Part shown: piece by piece, positions 1-7,819 of the stretch | Layout of the letters: the number at the start of each line of letters is the position of its first letter | Position numbering within the stretch: position 1 is the first letter of the stretch | Virus record (IMG/VR): IMGVR_UViG_3300046058_000002 | Coordinates: 1-32,642 of that record | DNA: 32,642 nt | Direction: 5' to 3' (one strand) | From: a virus | Lineage: Duplodnaviria; Caudoviricetes | The notes under the pieces: model-generated | The model's database searches: none | What the model saw: the letters and a program-made list of their open reading frames with translations, nothing else | What the model was told of the DNA's origin: nothing | Program-made: the position numbers and the translations under genes

Positions 1-1473
1 TCCGTCCGGCGTAAGTGCGACGAACACGACCTCGCCATGGTCACGGCCTACGACAACCCGTTCGTCGCCAACTCCAGTAACGGTGTGAACTACGAAGGAG
101 CCTACGTCTTCCCGTCGTTCTCCGGAGTCAAGAAGAACGTCTGCGGCGTGGACCTTGCGTCCCTCTACCCCATGACCCAGTGGATGCTCAACGCCTCACC
201 GGACACCCGGATTGAGGCAGAGCCGGGGACCGACGAGTGGGACGAGATGATGGAGGAAGTCGGCTACGACGCCGAGAACGGGGGGTTCAACTACGTCGAA
301 GCCGCGAACGAACAGCGGTTCCGAACCGACCACGACGGCATCATTCGTGAATTGGTGGACGAGTACCACGAGATTAAGCGAGAGTTCAAGGCGGAACGAA
401 ATGCCGCCGAGTATGGCACCGAAGAGTGGGAAGAGGCCGCCGAGGCTTACGCCGTCACGAAGACTATCTACAACAGTTTCTACGGATATTCGGGGTGGGA
501 CCGCTCGCCGCTCTACAATCCGCACGACGCGGCGGCTATCACCCTGACCGGCCAGCGGGTCATCAAGAAGACCGCACAGTACATTTCCGATGAAGCTGTT
601 GACGGCGTAGAAGTCGTCTACGGGGACACCGACTCAAATTACGTCGAGTTCCCGAGTGAATGGAAACAGCAGAAGACGCTGGAGTACGCGATGGAACTGT
701 GCGGTGAGCTGACAGAAGAAGTGTACCCCGAACTCTGCGACGAGTTCTACATCCCCTGCGAGGACAACCGCTGGGAAATCGAGGTCGAGATGCGGGCTGA
801 ACGCTTCTTCCAGAGTGGTTCCAAGAAGCGGTACGCCTACCTGAAGATGTGGGACGAGGGCGACGACCTCGACGCCAAGGTGAAAGACGGCGAGGGGAAG
901 TTCTCGGTCACGGGCTACGACTGCGTGAAGTCGAACTTCTCCCTGATGACGAAGGAGACGCAGGAAGAAGTGCTGGAGCAAATCGTTCGGGGCCGCGATA
1001 AGGCCGCCGTGGTGGAGACGGTCCACGACGCCGCTTCGTCCATCGACGCCGCCGACCCGGACTGGGAGTACCTCGGCATCCCGCAGGGCCTCGGCAAGAA
1101 GACCGACCCGGAGCGGGCCGACGAAGATGCGTTCTACTCGTGGTCCACGACCGGCGACCATCCCCGTGACGAAGCTCCCCGAGCGGCGTGGTTCTCGAAC
1201 CACCTTCTCGATGTGAAATTCGACAAGGGCGACAAGCCGATGCGGGCGAAGGTCAAGCCCGGTCAGACGGTCAACGGCGAAGAGGTCGATGTCATCGCCT
1301 ACGAGTCGGAGCGCGACCTCGAAGACATCGACATCGCCATGGACGTTGCGGAGATGCAACGGAAGTGCCTGAAGAACCCGATGGACGACATCCTCGAAGC
1401 GTTCGGAGTCGAAACTGAAGCCGCGCTGGCCGGGAAGACGCAGAGTCAAAGTGGCCTATCTGCCTTCATGTAA
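1..1473 (+). CDS. polB: Family B DNA polymerase, 5'-truncated by the window edge
   Basis: Motifs DLASLYP, KTIYNSFYG, YGDTDS and KKRYAY; C-terminal PIP-box-like QSGLSAFM. The frame is open from position 1, so the true start is upstream. Confidence 0.96.
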   Translation, partial: SVRRKCDEHDLAMVTAYDNPFVANSSNGVNYEGAYVFPSFSGVKKNVCGVDLASLYPMTQWMLNASPDTRIEAEPGTDEWDEMMEEVGYDAENGGFNYVEAANEQRFRTDHDGIIRELVDEYHEIKREFKAERNAAEYGTEEWEEAAEAYAVTKTIYNSFYGYSGWDRSPLYNPHDAAAITLTGQRVIKKTAQYISDEAVDGVEVVYGDTDSNYVEFPSEWKQQKTLEYAMELCGELTEEVYPELCDEFYIPCEDNRWEIEVEMRAERFFQSGSKKRYAYLKMWDEGDDLDAKVKDGEGKFSVTGYDCVKSNFSLMTKETQEEVLEQIVRGRDKAAVVETVHDAASSIDAADPDWEYLGIPQGLGKKTDPERADEDAFYSWSTTGDHPRDEAPRAAWFSNHLLDVKFDKGDKPMRAKVKPGQTVNGEEVDVIAYESERDLEDIDIAMDVAEMQRKCLKNPMDDILEAFGVETEAALAGKTQSQSGLSAFM

Positions 1474-1475
1474 TT

Positions 1476-1631
1476 ATGGACGATTCTATTGCTCTAACTG
1501 ACCAAGCCCGCCTTATCGCTGACGAACATGGACTTGAAACAGTTGAATCAGAAAAATCAAACCGTCAAGAAGCAATTATCCGTTCTATCGAAGTGTTCGG
1601 TACGTCAGAATATTGGGAGGTGTTCATCTGA
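1476..1631 (+). CDS. Small hypothetical protein (51 aa, MDDSIALTDQ...WEVFI)
   Basis: Translated by hand; ATG 2 nt after the polB stop; TGATG overlap with the next ORF; acidic. Confidence 0.7.
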   Translation: MDDSIALTDQARLIADEHGLETVESEKSNRQEAIIRSIEVFGTSEYWEVFI

Positions 1632-1996
1632 TGTCGGAGTACGATGACTTCCCCGGCGTCGTTGTGAACACTGATGACGATGCCCTAACTCCGACCGCAC
1701 CGGAACACATCTTCGCTCACCTCGATGAGTACGAAGAGGTTAGCATCAGCCCACCTGACGCAAAGACTCTCCACATCTACGCCTTCGAGCGTGAAGGCCG
1801 GAGAGATGAACTTCTCCGCGTTCAGGAAGAACTGGAGCAAGACTACATCTTTTCAACTATCTTGGTCTGGCCTGATTGGGTAGAAGACCGGGCGGATGGC
1901 TTCAGCACAGAAATGTTCAAGGCTCTGGAGTGGGTCATCGCCCTCGGCCACCGACCACACCCCGACGACGTGGAAGTCATCAGGGAGTTCCTATGA
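1631..1996 (+). CDS. Hypothetical acidic protein (MSEYDD...)
   Basis: Track ORF 1613..1996 restarted at ATG 1631 (TGATG coupling); ATGA overlap with the next ORF. Confidence 0.75.
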   Translation: MSEYDDFPGVVVNTDDDALTPTAPEHIFAHLDEYEEVSISPPDAKTLHIYAFEREGRRDELLRVQEELEQDYIFSTILVWPDWVEDRADGFSTEMFKALEWVIALGHRPHPDDVEVIREFL

Positions 1997-2268
1997 CAGA
2001 CCACATCTACGGCAAAGACAGTTACGTGGAGTGCGACCGCTTCTACGTTGTTTCCGTCGTCACCTACGAAGAACACGACTCCAATCTTCCCGAGAAGTAC
2101 CACCTCGACCACAACTGCTACTGCAGGGCTGACGCCACTCACTACGCACGAGTCGGCTTCACTACCTACGAGAACCCACCAGAAGAGCGTGAACCGTGGC
2201 CGAAGTACCGAAAGCAGACGTTCAAAGCGCACCGTTGCGACGAACACGGCTTTGAAGTTGACGACTAA
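1993..2268 (+). CDS. Hypothetical Cys/His-containing protein (MTDHIYG...)
   Basis: ATGA overlap at 1993 and TAATG overlap at 2268; HxCxC and HxCxxH clusters may bind metal. Confidence 0.7.
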   Translation: MTDHIYGKDSYVECDRFYVVSVVTYEEHDSNLPEKYHLDHNCYCRADATHYARVGFTTYENPPEEREPWPKYRKQTFKAHRCDEHGFEVDD

Positions 2269-3689
2269 TGCTGTTCTGCTCCCGTTGCGGAAATCCAGTA
2301 CCGTTCAGTAAAAACTGTTCACGAAAACCAATCATGCAAACTAACACTCACATCAGCGGAGATAGTACCGACGCGGAAGTAATGCTCCCCGAATCCGAAC
2401 TGGAAGAAGGGGTAGTTGAACAGATTCAGACGATGATAGACCACGAAGCGTTCAAGAACGATGTGGCTATCATGCCGGACACGCACGTTGGCTCCGGTGC
2501 AGTTATCGGCTTCACGATGCCACTCGGCGACCGAGTAGTCCCCAACACGATTGGGGTAGACATCGGCTGTGGGATGTACGCCGCGAGCTTCGGAGCCGTG
2601 AATTTCGACCAAGAAACCTTGCAACAGTGGGACGAGGAAATCCGCGAGAAGGTCCCGATGGGCTTCGAGGTCTACGACGACACGGACTACCACGTCGGCG
2701 AGGACTTCCCGTGGGAGAAAGCGACCGAGAAGCTGGAGCGGTTCTCCGACGAGCGGAACTTCCTCGTTCAGGGCGATTATGACCTCAACTACTTCAAAAA
2801 CCTCTGTGACCGCGTTGGCTACGACATGACGCGGGCCATCGACTCGGTGGGGACGCTCGGCGGCGGCAACCACTTCATCGAGCTTGGGTACAGCAGTACG
2901 ACCGGCCTGTGGGCCATCATCCATAGCGGGAGCCGGGGCCTCGGCCTGAACGTCGCCCAGCACCATCAGAAACGAGCGACCGAACTTCGGAGCGCCGAGA
3001 AGTTCCAGAAGGACAACCTCCCCGACGGCTACCAGAAGTACGCGACGGAGAACCTGAAGCCAAAGGCGGAGAAAATCCGCGAGAACTTCGACGGCAAAGA
3101 AATTGGGCAGGTCTTCGACATTATCAGCCACGCCCGTCAGGAAGCGACTGAAGCGTTCGATGACGACCTCGCGTACCTCGAAGGCGAAGAAGCCCACCAG
3201 TATTACGTGGACATGATTTTCGCTCAGATGTACGCCTCGGAGAGTCGGAAAATGATGATGCAGAAAGTCGCCGACGTGGTGGACCACATCCCACGGTCGC
3301 CCATCGAGAGCGTTCACAACTTCATCGACTTCGAGGACATGACCATCCGCAAGGGGGCGACCCGAGCGTCCGAGGATGAACTGGCCGTCGTTCCCTTCAA
3401 TATGCGTGACGGCACGCTCCTCATCAAGGGGAAGGGCAACGACGACTGGAACCAGTCGGCCCCTCACGGTGCAGGTCGGGTGATGTCCCGAAGCCAAGCG
3501 TTCGATGAACTGTCCGTCGAAAACTTCGAGGAAACGATGTCGGACGTGGAGTCGTCCTCGGTGAACGGCGAGACGCTGGACGAAGCTCCGATGGCGTACA
3601 AGTCCGCCGACCTTATCGAGGCCGCCATCACCCCGACCGCCGAGGTCGTGGACCAGATTCGGCCCGTGCTGAACCTGAAAGCCGAGTGA
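2268..3689 (+). CDS. rtcB: RtcB family RNA ligase (start 2268 or 2334)
   Basis: Motifs MPDTH, GVDIGCGM, GTLGGGNHFIE, HSGSRG, HNF, RKGAT, HGAGR and DEAPMAYK. Confidence 0.96.
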   Translation: MLFCSRCGNPVPFSKNCSRKPIMQTNTHISGDSTDAEVMLPESELEEGVVEQIQTMIDHEAFKNDVAIMPDTHVGSGAVIGFTMPLGDRVVPNTIGVDIGCGMYAASFGAVNFDQETLQQWDEEIREKVPMGFEVYDDTDYHVGEDFPWEKATEKLERFSDERNFLVQGDYDLNYFKNLCDRVGYDMTRAIDSVGTLGGGNHFIELGYSSTTGLWAIIHSGSRGLGLNVAQHHQKRATELRSAEKFQKDNLPDGYQKYATENLKPKAEKIRENFDGKEIGQVFDIISHARQEATEAFDDDLAYLEGEEAHQYYVDMIFAQMYASESRKMMMQKVADVVDHIPRSPIESVHNFIDFEDMTIRKGATRASEDELAVVPFNMRDGTLLIKGKGNDDWNQSAPHGAGRVMSRSQAFDELSVENFEETMSDVESSSVNGETLDEAPMAYKSADLIEAAITPTAEVVDQIRPVLNLKAE

Positions 3690-3850
3690 TGACGGAAACA
3701 TTTGAAGAACTCCACATAATGCTATCCACCGATGAGGATAGTGTCATCACGAAAGAAGACCACGACGAACTAATCAAGTTCCTACAAGACGAGTGGGAGC
3801 CGACAGGTGACTACGAATCCCACCTTTTTGAGGATGAGTACGATGTATAA
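3689..3850 (+). CDS. Small acidic hypothetical protein (53 aa, MTETFEELH...)
   Basis: TGATG coupling to the rtcB stop; D/E-rich; translated by hand. Confidence 0.7.
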   Translation: MTETFEELHIMLSTDEDSVITKEDHDELIKFLQDEWEPTGDYESHLFEDEYDV

Positions 3851-4067
3851 CCAGTACATCCAGTACATTGTCAACTTCTGCTTTTACCGGTACACTGCCG
3901 AGCGGATATAAGAGGGACGACGAGTAGATGCCCTGACCGAAGAAGAGTTCCTTCAGTTCGCGGCGGCATGGGAAAACGACCGCGTGGAACCAGTGAAACC
4001 GCTGGTCGAAAAGTACGGGTGGGATGGGTTGGTCGAACGTCTGAAAGCATCAACTGCCGATGAGTGA
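3843..4067 (+). pseudogene. About 74-codon ORF with an in-frame TAA at 3909-3911 (pseudogene or sequence error)
   Basis: MYNQYIQYIVNFCFYRYTAERI*EGRRVDALTEEEFLQFAAAWENDRVEPVKPLVEKYGWDGLVERLKASTADE; overlaps both neighbours by 8 nt. Confidence 0.55.
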
Positions 4068-4278
4068 CCGCCGCGCCTATCAGTTCGCCTTCCGCGTCGG
4101 CATCGTCGGAACGCTCCTGCTCGCCATCTACACGGTTTTCGGTAATACCCTCGCAGGCTTATCGGCGTTGGCCGTGTGGACTCTCGCAATCCTGTTCGTC
4201 TTGCCATGGTTCTATCTTTTCTACGAGGACAGAGTAGGCGATATACCCGACTGGGCCATCCGGGGTCCACACCAGTAA
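4060..4278 (+). CDS. Small membrane protein, two predicted TM helices
   Basis: Hydrophobic runs VGIVGTLLLAIYTVF and LSALAVWTLAILFVLPWFYLF. Confidence 0.75.
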   Translation: MSDRRAYQFAFRVGIVGTLLLAIYTVFGNTLAGLSALAVWTLAILFVLPWFYLFYEDRVGDIPDWAIRGPHQ

Positions 4279-4320
4279 CGTAAGACTTAACATTCCGCGC
4301 TTCTTCTTTGTAGCAAGTAC

Positions 4321-4417
4321 GTCCCATCAACGGAAGCGACCATCTTCGGGTGGTTGCGTGCCGAACCTGACTTAGGCGATGGAAGTCAGGATAGGAGCCG
4401 GGGAGGGTAATGGCCGT
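4321..4417 (+). ncRNA. Candidate structured small RNA
   Basis: 9-bp stem with G-U pairs and a cUUCGg loop (4336-4357); perfect 8-bp stem 4366-4373/4383-4390; possible pseudoknot 4324-4328 with 4378-4382. Confidence 0.4.
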
Positions 4418-4443
4418 ATCTGCTGTTGTACTACTGCTTGTTA

Positions 4444-4457
4444 ACAGCGATAAGGTC
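4444..4457. repeat. 14-mer ACAGCGATAAGGTC, copy 1
   Basis: Exact match to copies at 15451, 27356, 29746 and 31015. Confidence 0.85.
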
Positions 4458-4487
4458 GCGGTGTAGTAGTGGTTTTTACTACCGTAT

Positions 4488-4560
4488 AAAAAGCAAAAAG
4501 CCCCCAGTAGGGAGAAAGGTGTAATACCTCTCTTCCCGCTGGGGGGGATTTTTGTGTTTG
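4488..4560. terminator. Long stem-loop flanked by A-tracts and T-tracts (possible bidirectional terminator)
   Basis: CCCCCAG..GGGAGA.AGGT / ACCT..TCTTCCC.CTGGGGG with AAAAAGCAAAAA upstream and ATTTTTGTGTTT downstream. Confidence 0.5.
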
Positions 4561-4577
4561 TAGCGTGAAGGTAAACC

Positions 4578-4715
4578 ATGGAGTTGAGTCCACGGCAAGT
4601 AGCCTTCGTGAAGTCGGAAATGAAGTCCATAGAAACAGATGAAACGCGCCAGCCGACCGCGAGGGTCGAGGCCGAACGCATCCGAGAACAAGCAGAATCT
4701 GCGCTCACCGAGTAA
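4578..4715 (+). CDS. Small hypothetical protein (45 aa, MELSPRQVAF...)
   Basis: Translated by hand; GAAGGT upstream may be an RBS; last + strand ORF before the convergence point. Confidence 0.55.
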   Translation: MELSPRQVAFVKSEMKSIETDETRQPTARVEAERIREQAESALTE

Positions 4716-4767
4716 CCATTGCTGTTAGGCCAAACTCCCCGCCCCGAACCCACCCGTTGGATCTATT

Positions 4768-4869
4768 CTAAAACGGCGACCAGCCGCAGTCCATAAAGGT
4801 GCAACAGCCACCGCCGGGTTTCATGTTCGAAGAACCACACTCCTTACACTCATCGAAGTAACTGCCCAT
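4768..4869 (-). CDS. Zinc-ribbon-like microprotein (33 aa)
   Basis: MGSYFDECKECGSSNMKPGGGCCTFMDCGWSPF; CxxCG motif; TGATG-coupled to the upstream ORF. Confidence 0.6.
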   Translation of the reverse strand: MGSYFDECKECGSSNMKPGGGCCTFMDCGWSPF

Positions 4870-5033
4870 CAGTTACCTTCAGGCGGCCGGCGTCGGTTTT
4901 TCCGCTCCTGACGATAGTCAGAAGCCCTACGGACGATTCGCTTGAACGTTTCAGAGAACAGTGCGCCATAAGCCAGACCGAGATGGAGCGCCCCCTCGGG
5001 CGGCATCTCAGCTACGAAGTCAAGACCGAACAT
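4869..5033 (-). CDS. Small hypothetical protein (54 aa, MFGLDFVAEM...)
   Basis: Track ORF 4869..5195 restarted at ATG 5033; hydrophobic segment followed by an Arg-rich tail. Confidence 0.55.
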   Translation of the reverse strand: MFGLDFVAEMPPEGALHLGLAYGALFSETFKRIVRRASDYRQERKNRRRPPEGN

Positions 5034-5520
5034 CGAGGAATGTGTCATTGTCGAGAAGTTGTTTCGTGTACACGGCAGCCTTCTCGGTTTCCCAAGTGAC
5101 GCCGGGATACTTGCCCGGATACAGATGCTTGAACGGCGTCTGTCGCCAGTCGGGTTCGTGATGGGCGTAGATTTCACGGCCATCCTCACCGTCACGACGC
5201 TCGAACATCGTGATGTGAAGTTGATAGCCCGGTTCTATGAAGTCGCCGGGGTCATCGCCTTCGAGTAAAACCCACGACCCTTCGGACTCCCGCTCGTCTC
5301 CGGTGGACTTGTAGCAGGCGATGGGGTTGCGGATGAAGCCGATGTCGCAGATTTCCTCTTCGAGAGCTTCCTCGTCGGTACTGACCTTTCCAACGTACTG
5401 GTTCTCGCCGACGTGACCAACGCCGTAGCCACCGACCCTGTTCAGAAGCGGATGAATCTTCGGGTAGTAGAAGGAGCGGAAGTCTTCAATCCAGTCGTCG
5501 TCAGAATTGAGAGAATTCAT
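5020..5520 (-). CDS. Hypothetical protein (166 aa)
   Basis: Acidic ORF directly downstream of the tail fibre; QLHITMF and IYAHHEPDW look like conserved motifs; function not recognised. Confidence 0.75.
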   Translation of the reverse strand: MNSLNSDDDWIEDFRSFYYPKIHPLLNRVGGYGVGHVGENQYVGKVSTDEEALEEEICDIGFIRNPIACYKSTGDERESEGSWVLLEGDDPGDFIEPGYQLHITMFERRDGEDGREIYAHHEPDWRQTPFKHLYPGKYPGVTWETEKAAVYTKQLLDNDTFLDVRS

Positions 5521-5559
5521 AGATTCTAATAAGTGATGGTATTTGACGTAGTGGTACTA

Positions 5560-7161
5560 TTATGGTAGTTCGTCTTCTCTCATTTCGGAGTAGAACTCCT
5601 GTCGATAACTTGTGAAGTCGTCTCCCAACTCGGTTTCAATCCAGAACTCGAACTCCCCACTTCTATCGGAGTTCTTTATATCAATCTTGATTTCTTTCAC
5701 ATTATTGTATCCGGGGTGGCTCATTTCATAGATGAGGTCGCCAGAAGATACGTGCCGGAGCTGAAGACCTGCCTGAGAGCCTCCTGTGTCGATTTTACTC
5801 AACCACTTCAGGAATTGCTTCTTACTGAAGTCCATGTTGAGCGACCCGAACACGTGCCATTCGTTGTCTCGGTCCCTACCAGTGGTCCCACTGTAGTTGT
5901 TATTATACGAACTGTGGTAGTTGTCTCTATACACCACGTCGTTAGGTGTTAAATCGTAGACAATTGCGGGTTTAGAACCGATTTCGCTCGCGTGCTGCCC
6001 GTCAACCGTGTCTGCGTCAAAATTGTTACCTGACCCCTCTCCTGACGCCGAAACGTCGTCAAGGTCGCCGAGGTTAATTCCGCTGATACCGTTGTGGATG
6101 TTAACAGGACCGTAGAATCGCGTTTCTTCACCCTGATTTTTATAATTCATCAGGATTCCTTTTCCGTTTCCGTCAATCTCTATCCAGTCAGAGTTTGACT
6201 GAATACCTTCACGGTCGAAGTAGACTGTGGACGAAGGAGCATCCCAATCGTCCAGACTACGATTCTGCGTGTTCAGGTTTGTGACGTGGCCGTTCCCATC
6301 AACGTAGATGTCATCGACCACCGTCGCGCCGCCGGTCGTCACGTCACCCTGAGAACTGGTGCTGGCGTGAGAGATGGTCGGTTGCGACTCGTCGCCCTTC
6401 CCACCGTTGACGTTGATGTGAGTCCCAGCGGAGACGTTGTAGGAGTCCCACAGGACAGCCATTCCGTTGCCGCCCCAGTTGCCGATGAACCCCATCGAGT
6501 CGTCCATGCCGAGTTCGGCATCTGCAACAGTCTCGATATTGTTGAACTGCGTTCTGTCGAGGCCAGTGGCCTGATTACCACCGAAGTCGAGATTGCCACC
6601 CATCCTGTCGCCCGACTCCAGAACGTAGCGGGAGTCGTCAACATCCACGTTGACCGTCCCGCCGAGGGCAACAGAGCCGCCACCGTTCAGACCAGTACCG
6701 GCGCTGACAGTGATGTTGTCGTTCTGAAGACGACCCTGCGGGATGTGACCAGCAGAGTAGTCCCATACGACATTGCCGTTGTTGTCAACGAGGTCGGTGT
6801 GGTTCTGGACAGGGTAGTTCCCCATATCCAGCGCCCCGGTCATCGTATCGCCGTCGCGGAACATGATGTCCCGCCACGTATTCGCCGTTGCGTCGTACAG
6901 TTCCAGACGCTCGTTGTCTTGGTCGTGGTAGAAGTGCGACGTTTCCGGGCTTTCCGGTTCACCACCAGCCGCGCCATACTCGCTTTCGACCCGCGAGTTA
7001 GTGAGCGGAATCAGATGGTCTTTGATGTCGTTGACGATTTGATTCGTAAGGAAGTTGTCCCACTCGTCAACCGGCTGTTCACCCTCGACGTAGTTGTAGC
7101 CGTCCGGGTATTCCGCACCGTTGGCTCCCCACGTCTTGAGATTTGTAGTGTAACTTGCCAT
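5560..7161 (-). CDS. Tail fibre / adhesin
   Basis: Follows the baseplate genes; fibre-type repeats GDTMTGALDM and GDRMGGNLDF, also AGTGLNGGG and DADTVDGQHAS; G/N/D/S-rich. Confidence 0.85.
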   Translation of the reverse strand: MASYTTNLKTWGANGAEYPDGYNYVEGEQPVDEWDNFLTNQIVNDIKDHLIPLTNSRVESEYGAAGGEPESPETSHFYHDQDNERLELYDATANTWRDIMFRDGDTMTGALDMGNYPVQNHTDLVDNNGNVVWDYSAGHIPQGRLQNDNITVSAGTGLNGGGSVALGGTVNVDVDDSRYVLESGDRMGGNLDFGGNQATGLDRTQFNNIETVADAELGMDDSMGFIGNWGGNGMAVLWDSYNVSAGTHINVNGGKGDESQPTISHASTSSQGDVTTGGATVVDDIYVDGNGHVTNLNTQNRSLDDWDAPSSTVYFDREGIQSNSDWIEIDGNGKGILMNYKNQGEETRFYGPVNIHNGISGINLGDLDDVSASGEGSGNNFDADTVDGQHASEIGSKPAIVYDLTPNDVVYRDNYHSSYNNNYSGTTGRDRDNEWHVFGSLNMDFSKKQFLKWLSKIDTGGSQAGLQLRHVSSGDLIYEMSHPGYNNVKEIKIDIKNSDRSGEFEFWIETELGDDFTSYRQEFYSEMREDELP

Positions 7162-7164
7162 GAT

Positions 7165-7812
7165 TTACTCGATAAGGCCCGCGTAAGTGCCGCCGTTGTC
7201 CTTCGGGTTTCCATCAGAATCGAGGCCGTCGTAACCTTTGCTGGCCTCGTAGTTCGCGTTCTCGTACTCTGTCGGAGTGATGTAAGTGAAGGTTCCACGC
7301 CGGACTGCGCTGAAGTTGAATCCGGCGGCGATGAGGCTCGTTGCGATTTCAACGAACTCGTCGTTTGTGATGGAAAGTGAATCCAGAGCGTTACCCGGAA
7401 CGGCCAGCGTTACGGAGCCGTGACCGTCCTTCCGATAGTCGATTTTTTCGATTTCAACGTCGAGGATGGTCGCAACGTTGCTGACCAGTTCGTTGATGCT
7501 CCCCTCGTTGGTGACTTGCTGAAATTCGACCAGAACATGCGACCGATACTTCTCCGTCCCTTCGTCCTGCTTCGATGGGAGGGACACCATCTTCGCCAGT
7601 TCCTCAAGCTGAGGAACCGTCTCCGCGTCCTGAACTGAAGTCGCTCTATCTAACTCCTCGATGTCGTCTTCCAGTCGGTCAACTGCATGGCCGACCGTAT
7701 CGAGGAGCTTGAAGTTACCCGTGGACTCGTCGGTCGGCATCCAAGCGGGCAACCGGCGGAGAATGTAACTGCCGGAATCCGACTTCTCGGACTCTTTAAT
7801 TTCTGCTCCCAT
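7165..7812 (-). CDS. Baseplate wedge protein (P2 gpI / Mu gp48-like)
   Basis: Between baseplate J and the fibre; LPAW...LEELAKMV...EKYR pattern. Confidence 0.7.
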   Translation of the reverse strand: MGAEIKESEKSDSGSYILRRLPAWMPTDESTGNFKLLDTVGHAVDRLEDDIEELDRATSVQDAETVPQLEELAKMVSLPSKQDEGTEKYRSHVLVEFQQVTNEGSINELVSNVATILDVEIEKIDYRKDGHGSVTLAVPGNALDSLSITNDEFVEIATSLIAAGFNFSAVRRGTFTYITPTEYENANYEASKGYDGLDSDGNPKDNGGTYAGLIE

Positions 7813-7819
7813 CAGTCAA

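Noticed and set aside
2319-3701. Long antisense ORFs (also 634..1449, 6286..7380, 19248..20372, 22081..23097)
   Set aside because: Shadows of GC-rich, NNC/GAN-biased genes on the opposite strand; composition is not halophilic.
4279-4767. tRNA gene near rtcB
   Set aside because: No cloverleaf with a T-loop GTTCRA and acceptor stem could be built on either strand.
3836-7161. Diversity-generating retroelement or invertible tail fibre cassette
   Set aside because: No reverse transcriptase, recombinase, template/variable repeat pair or inverted fibre copy is visible in the window.
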